Shown here: one piece after another, positions 1 to 10,694 of the stretch
How the letters are laid out: each line of letters starts with the position of its first letter
Numbering within the stretch: the stretch's first letter is position 1
DNA from: an uncultured bacterium
GTDB taxonomy: Bacteria > Chloroflexota > UBA5177 > JANWHV01
Assembly (NCBI GenBank): GCA_963827235.1
Contig: CAWHAE010000009.1
Span: 928,001 to 992,000, forward strand
Direction: 5' to 3'
DNA length: 64,000 nt
Notes under the pieces: model-generated
What the model saw: the letters and a program-made list of their open reading frames with translations, nothing else
What the model was told of the DNA's origin: nothing
The model's database searches: none
Translations under genes and position numbers: made by a program

Positions 1-1037
1 TGCTGAACCGGCTGCTGCCCATACTCGACCGCATGGAAGACAACACGCTGCCCGGATACGCGGGCGGGCGGGCTGCCTTTCTCGACGTGCTGTGGGCGAT
101 GGCCTGTTTGGCCTTCGTCGAGCACGGCGTCCAGTATGCGGTGATCGAAACGGGGCTGGGCGGCAGGCTGGACCCCACGACTGCCAACGAGGCAGGCGTG
201 GCGGTGATCACCAACGTGAGCCTCGATCACGTGGAGCGTCTCGGCCATTCGGTCGAGCTGATCGCCGCTGAGAAGGCCGGCCTGATCAAGCGGGGACAAT
301 ACGTGGTCACTGCCGCCGCGGAGCCGGCGCTGCGCGTCGTGCGAGAAGCCTGCAGCCGCCAGGAGGCCTCGTTGTGGAGCGTCGGGCCGGACGCCGCCGT
401 GTGTGTCATAGCGGAAGGCCCGCCGCCGGATGCACCCTTCGCCATCAAGACACCGGTTCGCCGGCACGACGGCCTGCGGCTTGGTCTGCTCGGCGCGCAT
501 CAGCGTGCAAATGCGGCCTGCGCGGTGGGGGCGCTCGATGCCCTGACGGTGAACAGCGGTGCGGTCATCCCGCAGGCCGCGGTGGCGAGCGGGCTGGCCA
601 AGGCCCGCATGCCCGGCCGGTTGGAGCTGCTCGGGGAGCGGCCGCAGATACTGCTCGACGGCGCGCACAACGTTGCAGGCGCAGAGGCGCTGGTCGGCGC
701 GCTGCAGACGCTGCTTCGCCGGGCGGCGCATCGTCTTGCTGCTCGGCATACTCGGGGGACAAGGATTCATAGAACAATCACCGCCTTGCTCAGCCCCTTG
801 GCGGCGGTGGTCGTGGTCAGCGAGCCCCCCTGGCAGAGCAGGGCGGGGTTCGCGGGGGCCGTGGCGCACGAGGCCCGGCTCCACTGCGAACAGGTTGAGG
901 AGCACGACGAGCCGGCGGCAGCCCTCGAACGCTCCCTGGCACTCGCCGGCCCGGACGATCTCGTGGTCGTGGCCGGGTCGCTGTATCTCGTCGGGGCGAT
1001 CCGCGACCTGCTGTTCCCGGACTCGTCCGAGCAGTAG
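1..1037 (+). CDS. folC: Folylpolyglutamate synthase / dihydrofolate synthase; 5'-truncated by the window edge, local indels at about 710-775
   Basis: Motifs ETGLGGRLDPT, ITNVSLDH..LG, EKAGLIK, HQRANA, PGRLE, LLDGAHN, VAGSLYLVG. The expected RRIVLLLGILG and GDKD segments lie in the other two frames at about 715-770. Confidence 0.9.
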   Translation, partial: LNRLLPILDRMEDNTLPGYAGGRAAFLDVLWAMACLAFVEHGVQYAVIETGLGGRLDPTTANEAGVAVITNVSLDHVERLGHSVELIAAEKAGLIKRGQYVVTAAAEPALRVVREACSRQEASLWSVGPDAAVCVIAEGPPPDAPFAIKTPVRRHDGLRLGLLGAHQRANAACAVGALDALTVNSGAVIPQAAVASGLAKARMPGRLELLGERPQILLDGAHNVAGAEALVGALQTLLRRAAHRLAARHTRGTRIHRTITALLSPLAAVVVVSEPPWQSRAGFAGAVAHEARLHCEQVEEHDEPAAALERSLALAGPDDLVVVAGSLYLVGAIRDLLFPDSSEQ

Positions 1038-1061
1038 CGGCGCTCTGCTACGCTGGAGAGT

Positions 1062-1895
1062 ATGAAGAAGATGCCGTCGGGGCATGCAATCCTGCCCGCC
1101 CTGAATGGGCTGCCGCGTCCGCTGCGCATCGGGCACATGGGCGCGGCCGGATTGGCTCCGGCCAATTCGGCGGCCGCCATCGAGGCCGCGCTGGGCGTTG
1201 GGGTCGACGTCGTAGAGCTCGACGTCTGGCGGACCGCGGACGGGCACTTCGTGCTCGCGCATTTCAACTGGCTGGCACCAGAAGAGGCTGAGCTTTCCGG
1301 CGCCCTGGCTCGCCCGCGCAGCTGGTTGCGCACGGCGCGCACCTGGCGGATGTGGCCGCGCATCACGCAGTGCACGCTGGAGGACCTCGGCCACCTGCCC
1401 GTCCCATTGTGCACGCTGGAATCGGCGCTGGATCAGATGCGGGGCCGGGCCATCCCCTATCTCGACCTGCGCACGCAGGGCAACGAGGCGCATCTCTGCG
1501 AGATGCTGAGCGCGCTGGCTCCCCAGGGAGCGCTGCTAGGAGCAGGACCGCACAGGTCGTTTGCTCCGGAGCGCCGTATCATGCCTTCGCTGGTAGCGAC
1601 GAGCGGCGTGGCGCTGCCCTTGTTCGACCGTGCGATATCGGACAAGTCGCTGGCCGGCCTGGCACGGTTTGCCGTGCAGCGGGCTCGCAATATGGGAGCG
1701 CAGGGATTGTCGGTCGAATATCACCTGGTCAGACCGGCGCTCCTGGAGGTCTGCCGGAGCGAGGGTTTCTTCGTGTTCGCCTGGACGGTCGACGACCAGG
1801 CGGTGATGCAGAACCTGATCTCGCTCGGCGTGGACGGCGTCACCACTAACCGGCCGGATCTCCTCGCGCAATGCCTGGAGAACCGTCGAGCATAG
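1062..1895 (+). CDS. Glycerophosphodiester phosphodiesterase family protein
   Basis: IGHMGAAGLAPANS, VELDVWRTADG, AWTVDD, GVDGVTTNRPD. Confidence 0.85.
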   Translation: MKKMPSGHAILPALNGLPRPLRIGHMGAAGLAPANSAAAIEAALGVGVDVVELDVWRTADGHFVLAHFNWLAPEEAELSGALARPRSWLRTARTWRMWPRITQCTLEDLGHLPVPLCTLESALDQMRGRAIPYLDLRTQGNEAHLCEMLSALAPQGALLGAGPHRSFAPERRIMPSLVATSGVALPLFDRAISDKSLAGLARFAVQRARNMGAQGLSVEYHLVRPALLEVCRSEGFFVFAWTVDDQAVMQNLISLGVDGVTTNRPDLLAQCLENRRA

Positions 1896-2424
1896 CGGCG
1901 GCAGGCCGGCTTTCCGCCTCGCATCTTCAGGTCTGGAGAGCGGGCAAGCAGGATTTGCCGGGCATCTAGACATACACTTTGGAACCGTCTATGCTCGCGG
2001 TAGAGCGACGTAGTATGTTGAATCTGCCCCAGGTGTTCACGCGAACGTTGCATCCTAACCGTAGTCAGGACGATTAGCGAGGATTTCGGCAGGCCCGAAT
2101 CTGGTTGTCGTTCACATGGGATGCGCTCTGCCACCTGCGACCTCTGTCGTCCTGTTGCTGCCATAACTCCCCAGAGCCAGGCTGAACCACTCCGAGACGG
2201 CCGTGGCGGATCGGCCGCCCGTTCCTATGATTCATCGCGGGCATCTGCCCGCAGTCGAGATCTGTCTCGTGGTACGTGGTGGGTAGCTGCAGCGTCAAAT
2301 GGCGCGCGCAAACGGCGCCGGCTGCATGTGCGGAAAGGAGGGCTCCGGCGTTTGCCAGGGGGTGCTTCACACTCGACGATGGCGCTACAGGGGTGTAGCC
2401 GTGCATGGTAGCAGGAGGCCTGAC

Positions 2425-3333
2425 ATGGCACAGATCACGCTGGACAACGGGATAAAGGTCACGACATTCCAGCCGAGAGCGGGGTTCGACCCACTCTCCG
2501 CGGCCAAGGATGAGGTAGCGAGGAACGGCTTTCCGGTCCCCTCCGACGATCCCCATCACATCGCTCGGTACAAGAAGGTGATGGAGCATCTCAAGGGCAA
2601 GTTCCAGTACGTGGAGCCGACCTTCCGGGTCAATGCCGAGAAGTTCCACGGCCCGCGCCGCCGCTTGCCTACCGAGGGCACGGAGACGTCGACGAACTGG
2701 TGCGGCGGCGTCGTGTTCGCCCCATCCGGGCAGTCGTTCAAGTGGATCGAGGGTGATTGGGTAGTTCCCGACGTCGGGGCACCGACGCAGGGCCAGTGGT
2801 ACTACTGCGCGAGCTGGATCGGGATCGACGGAGACGGCTCGGGGGACGTGTGCCAGGCGGGCGTGGAGTGCGAGGTCTACCAGAGCGGGACCTCCGTCAT
2901 CCGGCACATCTATCCGTGGTGGGAATGGTTCCCGGCGCCCGAGGTACAGATCACCAACCTGGCGATCAATCCGGGCGACATGGTCACCATGCTCATTTGT
3001 ACGGCCAGCGCGGCCGGCTCGACGACGGCGAGCGTGTTTTTCACCAACCGCACGATCGGCAGCTCGACCTCGCTCAGCATCACCGCTCCGACGGGAACGA
3101 AGCTGACCGGCAATTGCGCCGAGTGGATCGTGGAAGCACCAACGGTGGGCGGATCCCAGAGCGCGATCGCCGACTTCGGCGAGGTGTTCTTCAGCGTATG
3201 CGAAGCCGTTACCAACAACGGGACCACCGTCAACGGGGGCAGCGGCGACAACATCAACCTGACCGCCGGCGGCAAGGTGGTTGCCGACGGCGTCCTGATC
3301 ACGCCGACCGTGGTGCAGTGCCTGTACGTCTAG
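2425..3333 (+). CDS. G1 family glutamic endopeptidase (eqolisin-like)
   Basis: STNWCGGV, ASWIGIDG, CQAGV (catalytic Gln), WWEWFP, AEWIVEAP (catalytic Glu). AGGAGG precedes ATG 2425. Confidence 0.85.
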   Translation: MAQITLDNGIKVTTFQPRAGFDPLSAAKDEVARNGFPVPSDDPHHIARYKKVMEHLKGKFQYVEPTFRVNAEKFHGPRRRLPTEGTETSTNWCGGVVFAPSGQSFKWIEGDWVVPDVGAPTQGQWYYCASWIGIDGDGSGDVCQAGVECEVYQSGTSVIRHIYPWWEWFPAPEVQITNLAINPGDMVTMLICTASAAGSTTASVFFTNRTIGSSTSLSITAPTGTKLTGNCAEWIVEAPTVGGSQSAIADFGEVFFSVCEAVTNNGTTVNGGSGDNINLTAGGKVVADGVLITPTVVQCLYV

Positions 3334-3631
3334 GCAGCCGAGTACGGGCTTGGCACGGTTTCAGGACGCATCTTGAGGTAGGGACGGCCGGCATGCGTCC
3401 GCGGGGCGACCACGGACGCATGCACCACGCCGCCGCGGCAGGTGCGCCGCTCCGTGCTGAGACCAAGCCGGACGTCTGCTCGCTTGCTCCCGCGTAGAAG
3501 CGCGGGAGCAGCCCGGCAATCGATGTTCCGACCGTATGATTCGCCATGGCGGGAGACGGGGACGACAAGTCCGTCGCTCCCGCCATGGTATGCCGGCACA
3601 AGGCGTGCGAGGCCGGTGCCGGCCTACGCGT

Positions 3632-3937
3632 CTATGGCGAGCCCAATCCCGAGCGGCCGGCGCGGCTTTCGCCGCCCAATTGTGCGGCGCGAATGGCGAA
3701 GGCCACGTCGGCCGTGCGCTCACTGGCCCAGAGGGCCGGCGTGTCCGGGAAGCCCTCGCGAGCAATCGCGGTTGCCCACTCGAGGCCGGCTTCGTAGTAA
3801 GCCCGCAGCGCTGCCAGATCATCTATCGCCTGCAGCTGCTCGAGGATGCGGCGGATCGTGGCGGTGTACTCCACTTTCCGCCGGCCCATCTCGAGCTGCT
3901 CATACCAGGCGAGGGCCCTCGTCCAGCGTTCGTCCAC
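3632..3937 (-). CDS. Hypothetical protein
   Basis: 101-aa helical-looking ORF starting 9 bp after the trxB stop on the same strand. Confidence 0.55.
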   Translation of the reverse strand: MDERWTRALAWYEQLEMGRRKVEYTATIRRILEQLQAIDDLAALRAYYEAGLEWATAIAREGFPDTPALWASERTADVAFAIRAAQLGGESRAGRSGLGSP

Positions 3938-3946
3938 GGCGCCCGC

Positions 3947-4924
3947 TCAGACGGCAGCCATCGCAGCCTGCGCCTCCGCCTCCAGGCCCAGGCCAAGCTC
4001 TTCGAGATACTTCTCCGCGTCCAGGGCGGCCTTGCAGCCGTCGCCCGCCGCCGTCACCGCCTGCTTGTAGCGCGTGTCGTGCACGTCGCCCGCGGCGAAG
4101 ACGCCGGGCACGCTGGTGAAGGTGTTGGCGGGCACGGCAATGTAGCCTGCCGCATCCAGCTCGATCTGGCCGGCGAACAGCTCCGTATTGGGATGGTGCC
4201 CGATGGCGACGAATACCGCTGCTACGGGGAGCACGGAGAGAGCGCCCGACTGCACGTTGCGCAGCCGTAGACCGGTCACCTTCTCCTCGCCGAGCACATC
4301 GTCGATAACTGAGTTCCAGATGAAGCTAATCTTGGGGTTGGCGACGGCGCGCGCCTGCATGGCCTTGCTGGCCCGCAGCTGGTCGCGGCGATGAATCACA
4401 TGCACCTTGCTGGCGAAGCGGGTGAGGAACGTCGCCTCCTCCAGAGCGGTATCGCCGCCTCCAACCACGGCGATCTCCACGTTGCGGAAGAATGCGCCGT
4501 CGCACGTAGCGCAGGTGGAGACGCCGCGTCCCCGCAATCGCGTCTCATTGGCCAATCCCAGCCACTGGGCCGATGCCCCGGTAGCGATGATCACGGCGTG
4601 CGCGTACAGCTCCTCATCTTCGGTGGCGAGCCGGAACGGGTGCTGCGAGAAGTCGGCGGCGACGATATCCTCATAGCGGATCACGGCCCCGAAGCGCTCC
4701 GCCTGCGCGCGGAAAGTCTCCATCAGATCGGGTCCCATGACGCCGTCGACGAATCCGGGATAGTTTTCCACCTCGGTGGTCAGCATGAGCTGGCCGCCGT
4801 TCAAGCTGCCCGCGAAGACGATGGGCGCGAGGTTGGCGCGCGCGGCATACAGAGCGGCGGTGTAACCGGCAGGGCCGGAACCGATAATGATCAGCTTGTG
4901 TGGCTTGGCGTTGGTGCCCATCAT
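3947..4924 (-). CDS. trxB: Thioredoxin-disulfide reductase
   Basis: GSGPAGYTAA, CATCDG active site, GGGDTALEEA, GVFAAGDV. Confidence 0.97.
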   Translation of the reverse strand: MMGTNAKPHKLIIIGSGPAGYTAALYAARANLAPIVFAGSLNGGQLMLTTEVENYPGFVDGVMGPDLMETFRAQAERFGAVIRYEDIVAADFSQHPFRLATEDEELYAHAVIIATGASAQWLGLANETRLRGRGVSTCATCDGAFFRNVEIAVVGGGDTALEEATFLTRFASKVHVIHRRDQLRASKAMQARAVANPKISFIWNSVIDDVLGEEKVTGLRLRNVQSGALSVLPVAAVFVAIGHHPNTELFAGQIELDAAGYIAVPANTFTSVPGVFAAGDVHDTRYKQAVTAAGDGCKAALDAEKYLEELGLGLEAEAQAAMAAV

Positions 4925-5039
4925 TACTCCATTGGCGTTTCTGCTGGCCGGCAGGCGACTTGGTCTCGTCCGCGGCGTGTGCTTGCATCGATATTATCGT
5001 ACCGGAAGCCGCTTTGGATTCGTGCCGCGCCGCGGCGGG

Positions 5040-5205
5040 CCTGATCCCAGAGCGTTTGCTGTGGGACAACGAAGCGCCTGAAGCCAAAGCCCGGCCCGGC
5101 ACCCGAAAGCTGATCGAAGGCGAATATCGCTACGTCGTGTACCGCCGGATAGCCCACGACGAGCTCATGGTGCTTCGAGTATTTCAGCCGGCTGGGCGGC
5201 GCTAG
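5040..5205 (+). pseudogene. RelE/ParE toxin-like C-terminal remnant
   Basis: RPGTRKLIEGEYRYVVYRRIAHDELMVLRVFQ resembles the ParE C-terminal half. No convincing start or antitoxin gene. Confidence 0.4.
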
Positions 5206-5222
5206 AAGACGGCCGGTACCGC

Positions 5223-7743
5223 TCAGCTCACGACGATATTGAGCAGCTTCCCGGGCACGTGAATCACCTGGCGGATCGACTTGCCCGCGATCTGCGCCTG
5301 TACGCGCTCGCTGGCGACGGCGGCGGACTCGGCATCTTCCTTGCTGATGCCCGGCGCCACCTCGAGCTTGTCGCGCACCTTGCCGTTCACCTGAATGACC
5401 AGCGTGATGGTCTGCGGCCGGGCCTTCTCCTCGTCCCACTCGGGCCAGCGCTGCGTGTGTACGCTGTACTCGCCTCCGAGCAGCTCCCAGACCTCCTCAG
5501 CCAGGTGGGGGGCGAGCGGGGCAAGCAACAACGCGGTCGTGCGCATGGCGGCGCACCGCTGCGCGCCGGTGGCCGTCGCCCAGTTGTCCTGCAGGTAGTT
5601 CTGGTGCTCCATCAACCCGGCGACCGCCGTGTGAAACTTCAGGGCCAGCAGGTCGTCGCCGACGCGCTTGATGGTGCGATGGATCATCGCTTCCCACTCT
5701 GGGCCGGCGCCCTCCGCCGAGGCGGGCAGATCGATCTCGTCAAGGCGGGCAATCAGGCGCCCGACGAAGCGCGAGATGCCCGAGACGGCGCGATCGCTGA
5801 ACACGCCGCCCTCGGTGTATGGCCCGGCGAAAAGCAGGGCCAGGCGGAGAATGTCGGCGCCGTAACGCTCGATGTAGTCGATCGGGATTCACCACGTTGC
5901 CGCGGCTCTTGGACATCTTTTGCGCCGTCTGCACCACGCGCTCTTCGCCCGTGACCGGGTCGGTGATCCGCTCTTCTTCCAGCACGAGCAAGAGCCCGTG
6001 CAGGCGGAGTCGCGTGAAAGGCTCGCCAAACGGCAGGTAGCCCAGATCATGCAGGACGTTGGTGACAAAGCGGGCGTAGAGGTGGTGCCGCCGCACGTGT
6101 TCGATACCGCCCATATACATGTTGACGGGCAGCCACTTCCGCGTGACGGCATCGTCGAACGGACGGTCGTCCCACTCCGTAGACGGGTAGCGGAGGAAGT
6201 ACCAAGCAGAGTCGAGGAAGGTGTCGGAGACGTCGGTCTCGCGGCGGGCCGGCCCGCCGCAGGTGGGACAGGTCGTGTTGACCCAGTCGTGCAGCGCCGC
6301 CAACGGGCCGACGCCGGTGCCGGTGGGCCTGAAGTTCTCGATCTGCGGCAGTATGACCGGCAGGTCGCTTTCGGGCACGGGTACGATGCCGTGCGTCGGG
6401 CAATAGACGACAGGGATGGGCGGTCCCCAGTAGCGCTGCCGCGAGATCAGCCAGTCGTGGAGGCGCAGAGTGGTCTGGGCGTGCCCCACGCCCTTCTCGG
6501 TCAGGAACGCGATGAAGCGAGGGATGACCGCTTCGTCGCTGCGCAGGCCGTCGAACGGTCCCGAGTTGACGATCGTCCCCTGGTGCTCCGGGAGAGCCTC
6601 CGTCATCTCCTCTGGCGTGATCGTCGCGCCGTCGGGGCGGTAAACCAGCACGATAGGCAGGTCGAATTTGCGCGCGAACTCGAAGTCCCGCTGGTCGTGC
6701 GCGGGGACGGCCATGATGGCGCCGGTGCCGTACTGGGCGAGGACGTAGTCGGCGATCCAGACGGGTATCTTTGCCCCGGTAGCCGGGTTGAGGGCGTAGG
6801 CGCCAGTGAACACGCCGGTCTTCTCGCGATCGGTGGTGCGCTCGCGCTCGGTCTTGCCGCCGACTTCGCGGCGGTAGGCGACCACGGCGGCCGACTGCTC
6901 CTGTGAGGTGATGCTTGCCACCAGCGGATGCTCGGGCGCCAGCACGCAATAGGTGGCGCCGAAGATCGTATCCGGCCTGGTAGTGAACACGGTGAACGAT
7001 CGGGAGCTATCGGCGATCTTGAAGGTGATGGCGGCACCGGTGCTGCGGCCGATCCACTCGGACTGTAGGGTCTTGCTCAGCTCGGGCCAATCGAGGTCCT
7101 TCAGGTTGTCGACCAGCTTATCGGCGTAGGCGGTGATCTTGAAGAACCACTGCTCCATCTCGCGCTGGGTCACCGGCGTATGGCAGCGTTCGCAGACCGT
7201 CTCGCCGTTCTCCTCTTCGGTCTGCTCGTTGGCCAGCACGGTCAGGCAGGTTGGGCACCAGGTGACCGGCGCCGTGGCGCGGTAGGCCAGGCCGGCCTTG
7301 AGGAGCTGCAGAAAGACCCACTGCGTCCACTTGTAGTAGCTGGGGTGGCTGGTGATCACCTCGTGCGACCAATCCCACATGGTGCCGAGGCGTTTCATCT
7401 GCGTCTCGCGGAAGCGCACGACGGTCTGGTCGGTGAGCACCATCGGGTTGATGCCGAGCTTGAGGGCGTAGTTTTCGCTGTGGATGCCGAAGGAATCGAA
7501 GCCCATGGGCTGGAAGACGTCGTAGCCCTGCATCTTCATATAGCGCCCATAGGTATCGGCGCCGCAGTAGGTGTAGACGTGGCCGACGTGCAGGCCCTCC
7601 CCGGAGGGATAAGGAAACTCCATCAGGTTGAAGAACGGGTGCTTGGCGTTGTCCAGGTCGACGCGGTAGATTCCCGTCTCCTCCCAGCGCCGATTCCACT
7701 TCGCTTCGACCGTCCTGGCGTCGTATTCAGCCATTCTCAACAC
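5223..7743 (-). CDS. leuS: Leucine--tRNA ligase (one-base frameshift near 5882, probable sequence error)
   Basis: FPYPSGEGLHVGH, editing domain with TTRPDT and GTGAIMAVPAHDQRD, KMSKS. Removing one C in CCC GAT C GAC TAC joins the two ORFs (NPDDYIERYGADILR). Confidence 0.95.
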
Positions 7744-7841
7744 CTCTTCCTGACTGGAGCGGGCCGGACGCGCCTTTGCCGTCCGAGATCCGAGCCTCCG
7801 CGGCGGCCCTTAGCCGCGAGGGCACCTCCGAAAGCGCACGC

Positions 7842-8080
7842 AACAAAAGGCCCCCCATCCACCGGCGTCCTGCCGGGGACGGAAGGCCGTACAGTCTCCC
7901 GCGGTACCACCCCGCTTGGCGGCAAGCCTGCCGCCCACTCTCATGACGCGATAGCGGACGTCACCCGCAACGAGCTACTCGGTTCGCCCATTCCCGGGCC
8001 TAAGCGAGTTCGGCTGCCGCTTGCCGGCTCGCACCATCCGCCGGCTCTCTGCTGGATCGCAGCCTACTGCTCCTAGGCCA
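7842..8080 (-). promoter_or_regulatory. T-box riboswitch (Leu specifier) upstream of leuS
   Basis: Minus strand: AGCAGTA, CAGAGAG, GGTGCGA stem I motifs; specifier GAA-CTC (CUC = Leu, 8006-8008); T-box AAGCGGGGTGGTACCGCG (about 7900-7917); CGTCCC antiterminator 3' side; hairpin followed by TTTTGTT. Confidence 0.9.
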
Positions 8081-8346
8081 TACGTGCAGTCTAGTGTACC
8101 GCATCCTACACCAGGTGCTCCGCAACGGCAAACAGCCCATTCGCAACAGTGCATAAAGATTCCAGACAATGTATACTTATCAGGTTGGAAGCGTGGCAAC
8201 CGGAGGCGCTCGCGCGGCCGGCCACGGCGCTATGCCGAAGGGCGTGTCACCGGTACTCTGAGACAGGGGAAGCGGCGGGTACAGACAGTTTGTGCGCAGA
8301 CCGGTGCGGTCTGATTTTCCGTGTTCCGGCACGGTAAGGAGGCCCA

Positions 8347-8745
8347 ATGGCTCAAATAGTTCCCCAGGCATATCGCGATCTGTTGGAAAAGCCGGCGATC
8401 GCGCACCTCGCGACGCTCATGCCCAGCGGCGTGCCGCAGGTGACCCCGGTATGGATAGACTTCGACGGGACCTACCTGCTGGTCAACTCGGCAAAAGGGC
8501 GGCAGAAGGACAAGAATATGCAGGCCCGCCAGTTCGTCGGCCTGGAAATCAGCGATCCACAGAACCCCTATCGCTACCTCTCCGTGCGCGGCCGCGTGGT
8601 GGAGATCACGGAAGAAGGAGCCGACGAACACATCGATAAGCTCGCCAAGAAATACACGGGGGCCGACAGCTACACGGACCGCGCTCCGGGCGAGGTGCGC
8701 TGTATTTACAAGATCGAGCCCATGCGCATCGACACACGAGAGTGA
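8347..8745 (+). CDS. PPOX-class putative F420-dependent oxidoreductase
   Basis: AHLATLMPSGVPQVTPVW, GRQKDKN, NPYRYLSVRG, HIDKLAKKY; AAGGAGG RBS. Confidence 0.88.
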   Translation: MAQIVPQAYRDLLEKPAIAHLATLMPSGVPQVTPVWIDFDGTYLLVNSAKGRQKDKNMQARQFVGLEISDPQNPYRYLSVRGRVVEITEEGADEHIDKLAKKYTGADSYTDRAPGEVRCIYKIEPMRIDTRE

Positions 8746-8765
8746 TTTTTGGTTCGCGAGGGTGC

Positions 8766-8795
8766 TTGACTTTAGCGACGACCGCCCTTTAGAAT
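8766..8795 (+). promoter_or_regulatory. sigma70-type promoter
   Basis: TTGACT-18 bp-TAGAAT in an AT-richer intergenic patch. Confidence 0.6.
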
Positions 8796-8835
8796 GGCCA
8801 TAGTCACTCTAGCGCGGAAAGGAGGTGATGCGAAT

Positions 8836-8910
8836 ATGGGTTGTCACAGTTGCTTCGGTGTAACAGATCGCCCAGTTCGCGGTTCTATGGTTGAGGTGAT
8901 CTTCGCCTGA
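8836..8910 (+). CDS. Putative 24-aa small protein MGCHSCFGVTDRPVRGSMVEVIFA
   Basis: Extended Shine-Dalgarno AAAGGAGGTGAT (8818-8829) before the ATG; lies between a promoter and a terminator-like hairpin. Confidence 0.5.
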   Translation: MGCHSCFGVTDRPVRGSMVEVIFA

Positions 8911-8951
8911 CGTGCTGCCCACTGGGTGACAGCATAGACCGAGAGCAACTC

Positions 8952-8990
8952 GAGAGCGGGAAGCATGAGCTTCCCGCTCTCGCTATTTCT
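8952..8990 (+). terminator. Intrinsic terminator-like hairpin
   Basis: Perfect 13-bp stem GAGAGCGGGAAGC/GCTTCCCGCTCTC, 4-nt loop, weak T tail (GCTATTTCT). Confidence 0.6.
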
Positions 8991-9111
8991 GCGGGGCACA
9001 GGGCCGGCGATTGCGATCGCAGGGCAACAGAGCGGGTGACGGCGTTCTCGGGTGGTCGGGGGATGGGCCTAACCACCGCGGGGCATTGCGCGAGGAGAAA
9101 GGACGCTGAGC

Positions 9112-9876
9112 GTGGATCGGGCGTACCCGGCACTGGATTGGCGGGACGTGGCCGAGCGCCGCTCCGGGTCGCGCATCGGCGGCACCGTGCTGTACGCGGC
9201 CGAGGTCGATTCCACCAACGCGGTGGCCGCGGCGCGCCTGCCTTCGTGCGGCGACGGCGCCGTGGTGGTGGCGGATTACCAGACCGCCGGGCGGGGCCGG
9301 CTTGGCCGCCGGTGGTTGGCCGCCCCCGGTAGCAGCCTTCTGTTTACCGTGGCTCTGGAGAGGTGCGAGCCGCGCTGGGCCATTCCCATGTCCGCCGGGC
9401 TGGCGCTGGCGGACGCGCTTCGCCTCTCCGGCGTGGAGGCACGGCTCAAGTGGCCGAACGACGTGCTAATCGAGAACCGCAAGTGCGCGGGCGTGCTGAT
9501 CGACGGCCGGATGATCGGCAGCGCCCAATGGCTGCTGCTCGGCATCGGGCTCAACGTGCGATCGGCGGATCCCTCGCTGCCGGCGGCAACTTTCGTGGAC
9601 GCGCATGCGCCGAAGTCCGTGGCACGGGAGGACCTGCTGGCGGATCTGCTTGCCCGGTTGGAATGGTGGCTGGATCAGACGCGGATCGATCCGGTGAGCG
9701 TGCGCGAAGCCTGGAGGGCGGAGCTGGTCACTCTGGGCCAAGACGTGACCGTGGCGACGGCGGCGGGCACGATCCGCGGCGTGGCCGACGGCATCGCCAG
9801 CGACGGTGCACTGCTTGTCCGTCGCGCCGATGGATCGCATGCCACCGTGCGCGCCGGCGACGTCATGCCCGCGTAG
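9112..9876 (+). CDS. birA: Biotin--[acetyl-CoA carboxylase] ligase (no N-terminal HTH)
   Basis: VDSTN, QTAGRGRLGRRW, LKWPNDV, KCAGVL, GIGLNV. Confidence 0.93.
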   Translation: MDRAYPALDWRDVAERRSGSRIGGTVLYAAEVDSTNAVAAARLPSCGDGAVVVADYQTAGRGRLGRRWLAAPGSSLLFTVALERCEPRWAIPMSAGLALADALRLSGVEARLKWPNDVLIENRKCAGVLIDGRMIGSAQWLLLGIGLNVRSADPSLPAATFVDAHAPKSVAREDLLADLLARLEWWLDQTRIDPVSVREAWRAELVTLGQDVTVATAAGTIRGVADGIASDGALLVRRADGSHATVRAGDVMPA

Positions 9877-10259
9877 CGCGATCGGCGGCTGCAGTATCTC
9901 TAGTCAGGCCGAGGTGGAACCTGCGTAAGCGGAGTGAACTCGGCACTTGGCAGCACCCGCAGGCGGATACCCGGAGGATACCCGCAAGCGGTACCCACGA
10001 GGAATCGTCGGGCATCGAATGCGCACGCTGTCCATGTGGTTCCCAGCGTGCGCGCGGGTAGGCGACCGTGTGCAGGAACGCGGCGGCTAAGACTCGAGTG
10101 GCCACGGCAGTGCCATCCGCGCGGTCGTCCGCGCGCGTGCCGCCTGCCGCGCGGGGCGATTTCTGTCCACTTCGCTGGCTTTTTCACCCCATTGCGGTGT
10201 GGTGTTGGCGCTGTATTTCTCATACGCTGGATACTGGCGCGTGATTGGAGGGGTTCCAC

Positions 10260-10607
10260 ATGTTCAGAGTCCTATTCGCCGGCGCGCTCGCCGTGGTAAT
10301 AGGAGCGATGCTGGATTGGATAGGCGCTCTCTGGAGCGTGGCTCAGAACGTCTACCAGCAGATCTACGGCAAGCCGATGCCGCACGCGAAGGGGAATACG
10401 CTCGACCACGTCAATGACTGGCTGGCCTTTCTGCCCACCGATCCGGGGACGCGTGCGGCGATCGTCGCCGGTACAGTCGTGGGGCTGCTGACGATCACTT
10501 TCGTGGCCAACGTCATGGGCATCGGCTACAGCAGGATACGGCGGGCCCAGCACTTCAAGGCCGAGGCGCAGGCGCGAACGATCGGCTCCTACCGCAAGGT
10601 CCGGTAA
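10260..10607 (+). CDS. Hypothetical membrane protein
   Basis: GGAGGG RBS; two hydrophobic segments and a basic C-terminal tail. Confidence 0.65.
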   Translation: MFRVLFAGALAVVIGAMLDWIGALWSVAQNVYQQIYGKPMPHAKGNTLDHVNDWLAFLPTDPGTRAAIVAGTVVGLLTITFVANVMGIGYSRIRRAQHFKAEAQARTIGSYRKVR

Positions 10608-10694
10608 CCCGGCGCAGCGCTTGCCGGCCCGGCGGCGCATTCTCCGTGGATAGTCCCGGAGTCCGGTGGCCGGTCCGTGTGGTAGAGTGGCTGC

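Noticed and set aside
5870-5895. Naturally split or programmed-frameshift leuS
   Set aside because: No slippery site or RBS at the break, and similar indels occur across the window.
8908-8940. Selenocysteine read-through of the small ORF's TGA
   Set aside because: A hairpin follows, but read-through adds only about 9 residues with no redox motif context, so it is unsupported.
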